A DNA stretch of 64,000 nucleotides, taken from Bilabrum cf. latius (Eukaryota). Numbering within the stretch: the stretch's first letter is position 1; each line of letters starts with the position of its first letter. The stretch covers positions 372,001-436,000 of the forward strand of contig OZ237770.1 in the NCBI GenBank assembly GCA_965178125.1, read 5' to 3'. This document shows positions 12,217 through 26,300 of this stretch, one piece after another. A program made the translations under genes and the position numbers. The notes below the pieces were generated by a model. It was not told the DNA's origin, made no database searches, and saw only the letters and a program-made list of their open reading frames with translations.

Positions 12217-14216
12217 TCAGAACTGCGAGATGTCTCTCCCGAAGAAAAATGTACGCGCCCAGTCCGCCGGCACCTAGGCCCGGTTCCTCCAAGCCCCCAG
12301 CTTGGTCAAATACGCGCTCCTCCACACGATCCAGGCAGCCATCCCCACGATGCTCTTCGTATCGCCCCCCGTCACTGCTTTCGCCGCCTCGTTGGCTGCC
12401 TGCACGGGCGCTACTTTCGGGTCGATGGCCCCGCGCAAGTCTGCCAGAGCTCCCCAGCTGCCAAGGTAGGCGAGCGATCCAGCGTGCTTGTAGGAAAAAG
12501 GCGCCTGCCCCTCAAATGGCGCGACCTAATCCGAGACACCATCGTCTTGAGGGTCCTGATCCGACTGGCTTCCATCGCTCAGCACCACCGACTGGCCCCC
12601 CATCTCCAGTGTCGTGAGAGGGTCAACCGCGCCGCCGTGCACTGCACCCATCCCGTCCTCCTCCTCCGTGGCCCCCACGGCCACACTCATCCCCTCCCCC
12701 TAGCTTCCCTTCTTGCTCCCCTCCATCATCGCCCCCCTCCTGCTAGCTGCCTAGTTTAATAAGTCGGCCACGTAGGTGCCCTGCTGCTCAGCCACCTGGG
12801 CCGTGGCTGCCAGCCGCCGCCCCGCCACCGCGCAGCAGTCCCCGATAGCAAACACCCCTGGCAGTGTGACGAATGCGTCGTCGTCCTCTGCCCCCGGGTT
12901 CAAAGCCCGCATGAACTCGTCGGTCATCACGTGGCCCCACCCGTCCTTGGCCCAGGTCCGCCGGTCCAGGCTCCCAACGAGCTTCCTGGGGGCGATCCCC
13001 GTGGCCCAGACAACAAGCCCGTGCTCCACCTCCTCCCCCGTGCTGAGCACGACGTGCCTGTCGGTTACCTTGGTCACAAAGGCGCCCGTCTTGACCCGGA
13101 TCCTCTGCCTGGCGAACCTTCGCTTCGCGTAGTCCCTCAACTCGGAGTCGAAAGCCCCAAGGATGTCCTGCCCCTCGATCAGGGTTATGCTCAGCTCGCC
13201 CACGGCCTCGGGATACATCCTCCAGAGGTCCTCGTACACCAGGTCGTGCAGCTCAGCCGCCATCTCCACGCACGTGGGCCCGCCCCCGCACAGCACGAAG
13301 GAGAGCAGCCTGCGCCGCTCCTCGGGGGGTGTCCCAGGGAAGGAGGCAGCCTCCACGTTCCTGAGGATGGTCTGCCGGATGGCCCGCGCGTCAGCCAGTT
13401 CCTTGAGGAAGTGCACGCCGTTCTTCCGGTTTACGCCCTCGATCCCGAAGTCGTTGGACCGAGCGCCCACGCCCACCACCAAGAAATCGTACGAGACGTC
13501 GGTGGTGCGGAACTGCGGCCCGCTGTCGTCTCGGTCGCGGGCGTCCGCAGGGACCTCGGAGTGCGCGGCGCCGGTTGCGGAACCTTCCGGTGCGTCCTGC
13601 GCCGCCGCCTCGGCGAGGGCAAGCACGGGCCGGGTAGCGTCTTCGATTTCTACTCGGATCTATTTCTGCTCCGGATCGATGTGGACGGCTCTGCCGCGCT
13701 GGTACGCGCAATGCGGCAAGGAGGAGCGCACGGGCTCGGCCACGGACCGGAATTCTAACGTGCCGGTGGCCGAGGATGCAAGCAGCGGAGTGAAGAGCAT
13801 GTGGTTCCTAGGACTGCGAGAATACAAATCGACACAGCTAAATCTATAATCAAACGCACGGTAGCCAGGTAGGGCTCGACTGCATGAGCTCATTTGATCG
13901 AATAGGCTGAGTTGCACCTTGGAGATGCTAACGCGTTCCGGACATTCAAACACCAGAATCATGCGCATGAAGCGCCCACGGGTTAGGCAAAGATACGGTA
14001 ATACACAATCATTTAAGAATCTGCATACCTGATGATCGTAACATCGAAGTGCTCTGGGTGCAGCTGCCGAGCAAGTGCGAAGCTGCCCCAACCGGATCCG
14101 AGGACAGCGACTCGTTTCTTCCTTCTTCGCGCGAGCGCAGACGCCGATCGAACAAACAATCTACGCAAAATGCGCCCCGCGAGACTAACTGCACACCGAT
14201 CGGTGATCGCTTGCAT
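12217..14216 (-). CDS. Type II (alternative, rotenone-insensitive) NAD(P)H:quinone oxidoreductase, ~594 aa; intron 14028-13814; 5 in-frame TAG
   Basis: Motifs VAVLGSGWGS, SPRNHMLFTPLLAS, YDFLVVGVGA, CGGGPTCVEMAAEL, FAIGDC and ATAQVAEQQG. Past the TAG at 12751 the conserved C-terminus follows (PFSYKHAGSLAYLG...WRSAYLTKLGAWRNRA[TAG]VPADWARTFFFGRDISQF), ending in TGA at 12217. An upstream in-frame ATG at 14270 is possible. Confidence 0.92.
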
Positions 14217-14380
14217 TCTCAGGAATGTCCCGAACACTGGCTACGAATCGCGGTGAAACCACCGCTTCATGAACCTTCGTTTTCGCGAAAAACGCGGCGA
14301 AACAGCCAGCAAACGTCAAACCTAAGACTTTGAATTTCAGAAAATTGCTCTTCGTTTCTTCTTGCCCGATAACACCACCG

Positions 14381-17300
14381 TCACGCCAGGCTGAACACGG
14401 CCTGCTTGATCCTCTCCTGCAGCTGCCTCTGGGCCGCCTGCAGGTCAGCCATCACGTGCACGCGGCCGAGCCCATCCCCCAGCAGAAGCAGCCGCCCGTG
14501 CGCCCCCCACGCCAGCTGGGTCACCGCGGGCCGCAGGGACTGCAGCCCCGGGGGCATCTCCCGCCGCATGACCCCGACATTCCCAGGGGGTGCAACCTCT
14601 AGGGTGTCCCCGGGGGTGCTCCCCGCCGGACCTGGGGGACCATCATTTTCAGTCCCTCCCCCACCCATGCCCAGCATCCGGAAGAGCGACCAGCCCTAGG
14701 AGGACGAGGAGGATGACCCGGCCTGGTGGCCCCTCGCACTCGTCACACCGCCAGAGCGCGTGGGTATTGCTGTGCCCCCCGACGCCGCGAATGCCCTCTG
14801 CTGACCTGCCTGCCGCTGGGCCCTGCCACCCAGGGACATCGACATCTCGTCCGAACGACCGCGGGCGTCACTCGTCACACCGGCTTCCGCCCTGCTGCCA
14901 GGTCCTTCGGCCGTGTCTCGAGTGCTCCCATGACTGCCGGCCCGCATCGTCTCCCTCGCCGCCTCGGCCTCTGCCACTCTGACCACGTCATACACTGCTT
15001 TGGCCACCCCTAACGGAGCACTCGGAGACCTGGTCAAACCCGTTTCTGCAAGATCCAGGCAGCGAAACACTGGCATGTCCCCACCGGCGGTGCCAGCCGC
15101 CAGCACCTGCCCATCCGCGGACACGGCCAGCTGCGATGTGACGAGTCCCTGGGGAACAGTGCGGGCCGCGAGGGGCTCACCGTTGCGAGCGTAGGTCGCC
15201 AGCAGGGAACACACCACAGGGTGCAGCTCCAGCCTAGGCGACTCGCCAGACACTGACCCAGGCCCAGACCCAGGCACTCGGCCGCTGGCCCCCGCCCCCC
15301 CTCCGGATCCCCGGTGCCACAGCGCGCACCCCGCGGCGAGAGCAGAGCCCTTCTCGTCTCTCGGCTAAGTGCACGCTACTAATGCTCCACCAGCCGCAAA
15401 TGCGATGGACCGCACAGCTCCCGAGCCGGGAAGCAGAGCTGCAGCACTACTGCCATCACCACCACCGTCAGCAGCATCGATTCCCGCGGTAGCAGCAGCA
15501 GCAGCAGCAGCAGCTACTGCTCCCCGAATCAGCGCCGCCTCCCGGAACGCCTTGGACTGCCGCGCAGCGGCGTGCCGGCGCCATTCCGACTCCGGGTCCC
15601 TTCGCACCCCGGGGGCCCCTGCCGCGCCGACCCATCGCCTCGTCCCCAACAGCGCCGGTCCGATCTCGGGGTCCATGCACGCGGGGGGCTGGCTCCAGGC
15701 CTTGCTCCCGTTGGACAGCCCCTGCACGTGCACCCACCCATCGGTAGTGCCCACGGCGAGAAGGTCCTGCGAGACTTCCATGGCGACGGCGGTGATGCCG
15801 CAGTGCGATGCATCCCAGGTGCGCACCAGCACGAGAGCCACGTCAGATGCAGGCCCAGGGAACACGTCACCCGCCCGCACAGCGGAAGGGGGCGCCCCTC
15901 CGCCGCCAGCGTTGCCGCTGCTTCCATCAAGCAGTGCAGAGGCCGGACCAGAACCCTCCTCCCCGTGAGGGGGGGTACAGCCCCCCGCTCCATCCCCCCC
16001 GCCGGCGGTATTTTCGGCTCCGGATCCTCCTGCTCTCCCGTCGACCGGTTCCTCTTGCTCCTGGCTGGAGGAATAGCCGTCCTGCCCGTGGCCACCGGCC
16101 CCTGACGCACCCGAAGATGCACCACCGAGCAGTGCACCTTGGATGTGCCCCCTCCTGCCCCGCTGGTAAGCTCTCAGCTCAACGGCTAGTCCCGCTTGCT
16201 GGGGAGACCGGCGCATGGGCAGAGGGCTCGGGGCCACCTCGGATGCACCGCCGTGCGATGCACCCGCCTACAGGTGTCCCCTCGGTGCACCCCGAGCGGG
16301 CCTCATTCGGCTCCGGATCCCCGCCTCCTCGTCCCGACCGCTCGTCCTCCCATGCATACCAGACCCCACCGCCGCGGCCTGCGGTGTCACCACGCGGAAC
16401 ACCCTCACGCTCCCGTCCGAATAGCCCGCGCATAGTGTCAAGCCGTCCTCACCGGTTGCAACCACAGTGGCATGGGGACTCCCGGGGAGGCTTTCCGCCG
16501 CAAGTGCATCGCATTGCAGCGTCCGAGGACCGGCCACCCGGCGCCACCGGAGGGCCCCATCGGCGTACCCGGCCTGAAACTGCACGCAACTTATCCCCTG
16601 CGCCACATCGGCCCTTGGCCCCTGCCTCGCCAGCCGAGCGGAGAAGCAACCGCTGGGGGCACCCCCCCACACAGCGGGGTCACCCCCCGTGCCAGTCCCC
16701 CCCCATCCAGCCCTCCCCCTGGCCTGCGACAGCCCGCACCCCTGCCCCAGCAGCAGCGGACCGGCATCGGGTGCGCTGAACAGGGGAGTACCCCCGGAGG
16801 AGGGGGACCCCTCCCCTCGCCTCCCCCCCCGCTCCGATCGATGCCTCAGCAGAGCCTCCTGCAGCTGGGCGGCACCCGCGGCCACGTCCGCCGGGCATAG
16901 GTTCCGCAACCATGGCGCGGCGCCCGGGTGCCCCACGCCCCCGCCGAAGGCCACCCCCTTAGAACCGGCCAGACGGGCTCCCAGGGAACAAGCGGCGCCG
17001 CCGAGGGAGGTTCCGCTGCCACTTGCCCGCAGCGAGGCAGAGGACCGCACTGGTGCCAGCACCGCCAGCTGGCCTATGTGACGAGTGCAGCTCGCGCCCC
17101 AGGTGCCCTGGGAGGGGTGCAGCGGGGCAGCGGAACTAGCCCCTGATCCGATCCCTCGTGCCTCATCGATCGATCGGAGCATGGAGCACAGCCTTCTCCA
17201 CGCAGCGTGCCGCGCACGCTCCCGGCCTGTCATGCTGGTGTTGCCACTCGTCACACCGATGCTGCCGCTGGCCTGGCCTAGCAGAACGGCAGCAGCATCG

Positions 17301-20300
17301 TCGGCGTCCCGCAGCACACCCGCCGCCCACAGCAGCACAGCAGAAGGCAATGCAGCATCCACTGTTGTGGCGGCTGTCGGACAGCCGGCCTCCAGCCGGC
17401 CCAGGTGCCCGCTCGGGGTCGGTGCGTAGGGCCGCGGTGTCACTTGCAGCGGTTCGCCCGTGTCGGACGGCTCGTCGATCCACCGGTGGATCGCCCCCTC
17501 CTCCACGCAGCCCGCCTGCTGCCGCACCACCGAGACGTTGGTGTGCCCCCAGCACGCCAAGAAGCTCACGCTGGGCCCGGCCAGCCCAGGGAACATCCCC
17601 GCCCTGCCCCAGGCCAAGCCATGGGCCATGGCCCGCATGGCCCCGGCCACGTCACCCGTACGTAGGGGAGGGTGCATCCCACTGTGGCGCGGCATGGAAA
17701 GAGACACAGCCAGGCGAGCCAGTGCGGGGCGGGTCATGACTGGCTTCATTTCCTGCCCTTGGGTACGGGACACGGTCCGGGGCGCCTGTGGTGGTGGCGC
17801 ATCATTGGTTGAAGCTGCATCACCGGCGGCACCATCACCTGCAGTTTCTGCAGACCTGGAATCGGCCAGTTTGCTCGCGTCACTTGCGTTGACGTTACCC
17901 CCGTCATCTGCTTGTCCTACCTCTGTCCCTTTCTGCCCCCCACCCCCACTGACATTGAACTGAAGGAAATCCCCGAGAGAAAACCGAGACGGCTACCTGC
18001 TGCGGCGCCTGGCCTCGTCTGCACCTGCATGCGCTGCACCCGACGACCCCAGTCCATCGTCCACCTCGCTACCGCTGCTGGTGCTGTCGTTGTCTTTGCC
18101 GCCTTGCCCTCCACCGGCACCAGCACCGGCACCGGCACCGGCACCGCCTTCCAGCAGCGCCACCAGCCAGTCGCCCGGCAGCTTGGACCGAGCACGAAGC
18201 CAGTTGCGACCGCGCGCCTCCAGTGCCGTCTTGCTCGCCTCATTTGACGCCCTGTCCCCGCCCACACCGTGCCGCTGGCGCCCCTCCATCGCGCCCGTCC
18301 ACTCCTCCTCCTCGTCCTCGTACCCGCACGACCACATGCGCAGGGCGTGCGGCCCCGCATGCACCGCGCCCTCCCCGGCGGTTGCAACCGTCTAACCGCC
18401 AGCATCAGTCAGCAACGCTCGCGCCGCAGTGCCCTGCACCTGGGATCCGTTCGCTGGAGCCAGCGGACGGCCCACCAGACGGGCCACAGCGGTCCGCTGG
18501 GGCCACAGCGCAGCCATGTCGCTGCCCGTGGGCGGCTCCATGCACTCGTCACACGGTGGCAGAGGGGCTGCAGACATGCCCCTCTCCTCGAGAGACCGCA
18601 GCTTGGCGGTGAGCGCGCGGCGCGCGGGCCCGGCCTCCCTCTCCGACTCGGAGCTGAAAACCGCCTCGCGGGAGGGGGCAGAGCTCCCACCCCCGGCTGC
18701 CCCGTCCCATCGCCCGCCGATCATCGCACCCCCTCTTGCGCCTATGTGTTCTCTTTCCCCACTGTCCCCGCACACCTCCTCCACCACCTCCCGCGCCTCC
18801 TCTGGATCCCCCACCCACCCCAGCGTGGGGCTGAGCACGGCCCGCCCCGACAGCAGAGAACCCCCCTGGATGCCATCCACCTGGCCCCTGCCCCTCCTCG
18901 CCGGGTGATCCTCGAGGAACACCAGCTGCGGGGTCTGCCCGTAGAAGGCGATCTGGGCTTCGGTGGCCGAACGTTCGTCGGGATCCAGCTGGGCAAGATC
19001 CACTGCCCCCGCGTACGTGAGGTGGTGAAACACGTTCTTCGCCCTGACAGCGGCCTCCCCTTGCTGCTTGTGGCCAAACACGAGGTCCATCCAACTGGCC
19101 AGGCCCCTGCTCACTGCAGCGCCCTCAATGGCGCGAGACGAGGCCCAGGCGAACCGGTGAGGGCTGTCCCTCGCCCACCGAGGCAGCGTGACGTCACCCA
19201 CGCGGGTTTGGCCATCTGCAAGCGTCCCCAGCGGCAGCGCGTTGTGATTCGCCAGAGCCAGCGGCCCCGTTGATATGTCCGGCACCAGTTCCTTCACGTC
19301 CACCATGGAGGTGAGCGAGCTCTCGAGAGCGTGCGCTGTGCCCTGAAACACGCGGTCCGGACAGTCGAACCGCCCCGACTGCAGCTCAACGGCTAGTGTG
19401 GCGAACGGCTCCTGTCTGAGCAGGTAGAACACCACGATCCCGCTTGTGCTGTAGTGAGAACCGTACAGAAAGGGCGGGTATCCCTGTCCCGTCGGGTCCT
19501 CGTAGTTGTCGAAGCGGTCCTAGAAGAGGAGCAGCCTTCGGGGATTCAGTGCCCCCATGGGGACTCGCAGGTTGCGGTACACCTGCACGGACACTGCAGC
19601 CAGCGCGGCGCGTGGATCCAGCTTACCACTTTGGCCACGTCCGATTTGGCCAGCTTCAGACGGCCCGCCTTCCTCTTCCTGCCCCGCCAGCATAGTGGCG
19701 GCAAGCTGCCTTGCCTCGGCCTCGCTTGGGTCCCAACCGATCCGGAGCGCGCGGCGCCTGCGGAACCCGTGCATTCCGGCTCCGAGTCGCAGACCCGCGA
19801 GGGACCCCACTGAAGACCCCGCCCTGGGCCGCAGGATGGACCGGGGACTCATGGGTCCAGAGGCGGAGGCGGAGTGCGCGGGTGAAGCAGCCGAGGACAC
19901 GGAGGTGCTGGACGGGTGGGCCTCCTGCTGCCCCGCCTAGGACCAGGGGGATGCTGCGGATGCCGCGTCTGAAGCCTGCGAGGCCAACGAGGGAGACGCA
20001 CCGTGCATAGGTGTCCCGTCACTCGTCACACCAGCGGCGGTGCCACCCCTGCCGCGGGGAGGCACAGCCGCCGCCGACATGGTCCGTCTTTCCCTCACCA
20101 TCGCGCCCACCGATCCGGGGGAATCGGTCAACATGCCACTCTGACCAGCCTTTACCTTTCCACTCTGACCACCCCTGGCATTCGATTCGCCGCTTTGACC
20201 ACCCCTCAGGTCCAGCGCCTCCGCCTCGGTCCTCAGGGCCACGAGGGACCAAGGGAACACGGGGAACTGAGCGAGATCCACGCGGGTCCGGCCCGCGAGG

Positions 20301-23300
20301 TCGTTCACTGCAGACAGGTAGGCCGCCGAACTCAGAGCGAACCTTCTCCAGAGCTGGGTCAACGCCCCCAATGAGGGGGTCCTCCCCAGACGGGGGGGCC
20401 TCAGCGACCAGAGTGCCCGCATGAATCGCCTCGCCGCCGCCTCCCCCCCTCCGTGCCTTGTCCTCGCTCCCGGTCTGGAGGACTCTCGATTGCTCGCTCT
20501 GGCGCCCCCGCTGCTCCCCGCCCCGTAATCGTGGGGGAACGCCAGAAACACGCTCTCGCCCTCTCCTTCGAAGCCGCCCGCGCACTCGCCACACCCCCCT
20601 CTCCCGAACCTCAACTCAACGGCAGTCTGGCTCAGCATGAACCGCCTGCGGTTCACCCGCCTAAGGGCAGACAGGGGCCAGCGCCGGGGCATGGCCAGCC
20701 ACTCGGGCCGGGTCAGGGCAGGCTGCTGCGGAGGGAAAAAGAGCGAGTCCTCCTCCTTAGGCAACTTGCGGGCCCTGTGCGCACTCATCACACGCCTGTC
20801 TGGAGGTGCGGGTGCCCCCGTGAGGCTGCTCGCCGTTGTTTGAAGGCTCTAGTTGAAGATGGCACGTGCTGATGGCGCTGCATGCCTGTCCTGCCCATGC
20901 AGCTGAGCGACTGCAGCATCATTCCCAGCAGAGGGAAACGATGGCGGCCCAGCGGAGCCTTGCGCGTCTGCGCTGTCGTGCGCTGCACCCTCCGCTGGCA
21001 CCACCCGGAAGCTGTCCGAGTGCCCCGCCCCCATGGACCGCAAGCCCCCTGTCCTGGGCCCGAGCGTGAAGCTGTCGCCGTGGAAGGCCGTCCTGCGTGG
21101 GGAACAAGGAGCGTCCCCCGCTGCCACCACCATCACGCCTCCACCTCCACCTCCACCGTTCCCGCGCCCATCCCCAGTGTTCCCCGTGCCCTACGATGAC
21201 AGGCCCGAGTCGTGTCTGGCGATGCCTGGTGCAACCTGCTGTGAGCCAGAAGCGGAACCACTGGCTGGTCGCCTCCCGTCGTCCAGGGTTGAATACCCGC
21301 TGATGGCCGTGTGTCCGCCCGCTGCCCTCAGATGTCTCCTCTGCCCCGAAGGCTAGAGCAAGGGGTTCTCCGCGCCGGTTTGGCCACCCAAGCCTTCGGG
21401 TTGACCAGTCCGGCTCGCGGTCATCAGCCCGCTGGCACATCTCCCCTGCTCCACAGTGCCGTGCACCCCTCCCGCACCATCTCTACAATCGTCCCACCGG
21501 CCAGCGAGCGCCCGGCCAGTGGCAGTGGCAGCTGCATTGGCCCAGCCCCCTCGAGCCCTGGCCGCTGCCTTCCAGAACTCGTCGGGGACTAAGTACACGT
21601 AACTGTCAGACAAATACACGTATCCTGGGACCACGCCCCTCTGGCACACAAGCTTGGCGCGGAACCTCGCGTGCGCGGCGCCGATCCTCTGAGAGCACCA
21701 GGGGCGGTGGGTGGCCGGACCAGAGTGCGACACGTCCGCGGCAGCGGCCCGCAGCGGGGTGCCAAGGGGGGAAGTGCGTGAGGACGCCTCCATGACCCTG
21801 GCCCCCGACGTGTTCCCTGCAGCGCCGACATCTCCCGCCATGTAGACCACTGTGGCGGGGCCCAGCGACAGGCGCTCTGACCTATCACGAAGACCGGAGG
21901 CGACTCTGGCTGCAAGGTGCGCGGGTAGCAGGTGCAGTCCAGCCACGGGGTCTGCCGTCCTCGCCGCACCCACAGAGCCGTGCCAGGCCGCGTCCAAGAG
22001 GCCAATGTCGGTTGACAGTGTGACGAGTGCGCCGGGTCCCACCCCTGTGACGAGTGCACTCCTGGCTCGGCGCGCGTTTGCCAAGACCTGCAGCACCGTG
22101 GGTCCCATCGATCCCATGTCCGCTGCCAGTGCATCGGCACTTCGCCCTTCCTCCGATCCATGCGCTTTGTTCCCTTCCTCAACTGGTTCCTCCTCTTCCT
22201 CGTTGATCTCGCCCCCGACACCACCCATGGATGGGTGCCTGCTGACGAGCCTACCCCCCTGATTGCCGGACAGCCCCCGAAGCACGTCCATCGTGGACAC
22301 TGCTGCCCCGCCGGCCACAAGCCCGCCGGCAGTGGGCTGGCCCCGAGCATGCCCGCCCCCAGGCTGGGGAACAACGGACCTTATGATGGCCCCAGCGGGT
22401 GTGGGGGGCTCCAGCTGCACCGCAGTTGGCTGCACCCGGGGAACAATGGCAGAGTCGGAGGGGCTGCTGGTTGGTGTCGAGCCCGTGACGAGGGCAAGTC
22501 GCGGCAGGCGGGCCGGTCGGTGTGACGAGTGCAGCGCCGACTCCTCCAACGGCCCCGTGCTGGATGGCCTCGGGGATCCGGCCCCTTCAAGCTGCCCTGA
22601 GCTCCCTCGACCGGGGCCATGCGGAGGATGGCGCTGATCGGAATCGTCCTGACCTGGAACACGGCCTTGTTCCCTGGCCCTCTCCCTCCCGGACTGCCCA
22701 CCGCTGTGCCTGGAGGGGGCGCGAGATCGGATCACCAGCGAGGACTCGGAGCCGGCCGTGCCCTCCCTGGGCCTCCCCCTGCTCCGGTCATCCAGGCTGT
22801 CTGCACCCGATGGACCTACACTCCCAGAGGGACCTACACTCTCCGGCCTACCCCTGGACCCACTTGGCACTGATGCAGGCGGGGTGACCCTACCGTGCCC
22901 ATGCCCGTGCCCATGCCCGTGCCCATGACCACGTCCCTGTCCGTGGCTGACATCGCCGAAGGATGTCGAAGACGAGGGTGCGCTGTCACTGGTCGCAACT
23001 CGGCCGGTATCGTGACCCGCGATGACGTGGCGATCCATCCGTGGAGTGACTCCGCTCCCTGAGGAGGACACGTGCACTACCCCAGATCGGCTCCCTGCCC
23101 CACCATGCCATGCAGTCACGGCGTGCATAGGAGACAGCACGCTGGAATCGTCCACCTCCACCTCCCATCCCAGGCTACCCCCGCGGCTGCCCCTCCCCCG
23201 CTCCTCCCCATGACCCCCACTGGGGGGCATCATCCCCAGGGGAGACCCCCCCCCGCTCCCGTGCGAGCCCCGTGTCCCTGTCCTCGCCCTGCCACTGCCA

Positions 23301-26300
23301 CCCACACCCACTGCTCCTCTCGCCTCCACTGACCCTGACCCCGCAGCCGAGCCCGCACCGCTGGCGGCGGATCGCACGCCCCCCGCCCGCCTGTACTTTC
23401 TAGCCCTGGCTGCCTGCGCAACTGCCTCTGCCCCCGCAGGCACCGCTTTGATGGACAAAGCGTGTGGCAGTCGCAGTGCAAGCGCGCTGAGATCACTTTC
23501 TTCTCCTCCTGCACTGGCTTGGACACCCCCATCGGCTGTGCCTCCGTCCACGCTCGTCACAGCTGAGGCGCCGCCCGTCCCGGCGCGCCGGGCCGCACTC
23601 GTCACACGAAGGAGGGACTCATCGCTGTCCTCGTCACTGCCGATGTCCTCCTCCTCCTCGTCGGAATCAGATCCACCGCCCGTGCTGCTGCTGCCTGTGC
23701 CGCCCCTTTGGCCACCTAGCGCTGCTTCCATGTCGCCTGAAGGCATTGGCCCCCCTGATTCCCCGCCTGCATCTGCGTCTGCATCGCCGTGTGCAATCGC
23801 TGCAGCGGTTGCTCGGCGCACCGGCGTGCCGGGCTCTCGGGGGCTTCCTGATTCCGGGGCATCAGCTTTACCACGGCCAGCATTTGCATCGAGATGCTAT
23901 GCTGCGGCTGGTCGGCGGGGCGGTTCCTCAGGAGGTGCCTGGTTCATCTCGAGCTGTTTGCGATCCGGTGAAGATCCAGCCGGTTTGACCACGTGTCTCG
24001 CTTTGCCCATCTTCCTGCTCTTGGCCCGCCTAGAGGCCGCCATGCTCACGTCTGCATACCCCCTGTGCCGGTGGTCCGTTGCCCATCGCGACACCTCCAG
24101 TCCCAGATGCCTGCCATCCCCGTCCCCTTGCTCGCTAATCTCCAGCAGCGGGCGCATAGGCAGTCGGGACCTAGGGTCGGCTTTGAAGCTGGACCCACTC
24201 GATGGGGTATGCTCGTCAGCCTCGTGACCCGCTGAGTCAGCGTCACTTGTCATACCTCCGTCATCGACCCGCACTAGCCCCACGCCCGCAGGTCCAGACA
24301 GAACTGTCTCGATCGATGGGTGCATCGCACTGCCGTTCGATGCATCAGTCCCCGGTGGCAGCACGGCGCTGGCCCTCTGGCTCATGCTGTCGGTGAGAAC
24401 CAGGGCGGCTCGCACGGGGCAGTGCAATGCACCCTTGGTACTGTCGGGTGACTCTTCGCTGCCGGTGGCAGGCGCGGCATCTGCTTTGCTCGTGTTGCCA
24501 CCAGCTCCAGCTCCAGCTGCAGCTGCAGCTCCTGCTCCTGCTCCTGTGGCATCGGGCTGCATGGCCTCCCAGGCAGCCGCGCAGGCCTCCAGCCAGACAG
24601 ACCTCATCAGCTCCACCACCCTCGCCCACGCAGCGTCCCCCCGTCCTTCTACATCCTCCGGACCCCATCGCCGAGGCACAGTGATCTGAAGCACAGGACC
24701 GATGCCATCACTGCCATCATTGCCATCATTGCCATCATTGCCATCATTGCTACCATCTGCAAGCCCTCCTATAGCACGCCCATTGCCACCACTGCCTTCA
24801 CGCGAGTGACCCACACACACGACGGTGTCCCATCCCAGCGCCTAGCCGATCCCGCTCCCCAGCAACCCAAGCACACGCACCCTCCACTCGTCACACGCCA
24901 GCTCACCTCCAACCGCATCGTCCGGCCAGTGATCAATCGTCACACCGGCGCGCCACACCCGAGCGAGCCTCCACCAGGGCAGCTGGCCCCCAACGTGAGG
25001 CACGGACCGAGTCAGCGCACCAGTGCCCAATGCACCGTATCCCGCCCAATGCGACCGCGGGTATGCCCTGCCTAATGGCTTGCGCTTTGAGCCAAGTGTA
25101 CCACCATCACGCCTACCTCGCTGCACCACCGTGTCCTGCACCCCGACGAGGCCCCTGCACCGGGCCTCCCACTTGCCCCAGATCGCGCTGCGGATCGCGC
25201 TGGAACGCTGCTCCCGAGCCACTGCACTCGTCACACCAGCCGCACCCAGCCCCACTCCGATCATGCACGCGGACACGGCCCCGGCGAGCGAGTGTGACGA
25301 GCGGGGCAGGGTCAGCGACAGCACCTGCCGCCCCGTCCCCATCACTGCCCCCGCCGCCGCTGCAGCCGCGCTCAGCATGCTGGCCCCTCCCCCCGTGGCC
25401 ACCCGCCTAAGCAGGCTCGCACCGGCGCTGAGCGCGGCGACCACGGACCCGCTGCGCCCGTGCCGGGCCCTCCCGCCGGGCTGTGCCGGTGTCTGCATCA
25501 CGGGTGTGAGATGGTGTGACGAGTGCGACGAGGAGGAATCGCCGGTCGTGTCCGTGACGGGGCTGTCCATTGCACCCGCATTGGCGCCATCTGCTGAACT
25601 GGGGTTGGGACCGGGATGCCGGCTCGTGGCTGCACCGTGATCTGCCTCGCTAGCAGCACCAGGCGAGAGCATGCGGTGCTCCGGGAGCGAAATTAAACGG
25701 TCGTTCCGAAGCTGCCGGTCATCTCGCGGCGGATACTGCGCTGCATCATCTTGCTGCTGCTGCTGCTGCTACAAGAGCCCACGAGCCAGCGAAACCGTCA
25801 CTAGACCGGCCGGAATGGATTGAACCACGTCAGAGCTGAGGCCGAGCAGCAGAGTGCATCGCATTGCAGCGTGCCGAATGGCTGTGTGCGCACCGGCCGG
25901 GCTGTGCGCCGCGATCGCCACCCTATCAGCTGAAACCAGCCTGTGCCTGTGCCGGGATCGCGCGGCCCCTGCAGCAGCAGTGGATCGGGGATCAGCGACT
26001 TCTAGTATCGGCAGGCTTAGGATGCGTCCATCATGATGGTGCACAGAGCCCGATCTAGATCCAGATGCAGGCGCGGCTTCCCGCTGCAATTGGCTGTGCT
26101 GAACTGGGAGGCAATCGCGGGCAAACAGCCCTGCCGACCAGCGCATGCTGCTCCGGCCGCGCACTCCTTGAGCCTCGGTGGATGTGACGAGTGCATCTGC
26201 CACGGCCTGCAGCAAGGCACGCCGGCCTGCATCAAATGCAGCCATCGCTCTACTCGAGGGTACTGGTAGCATGGCAGTGGTACTGGGTCCGCCGATGAAT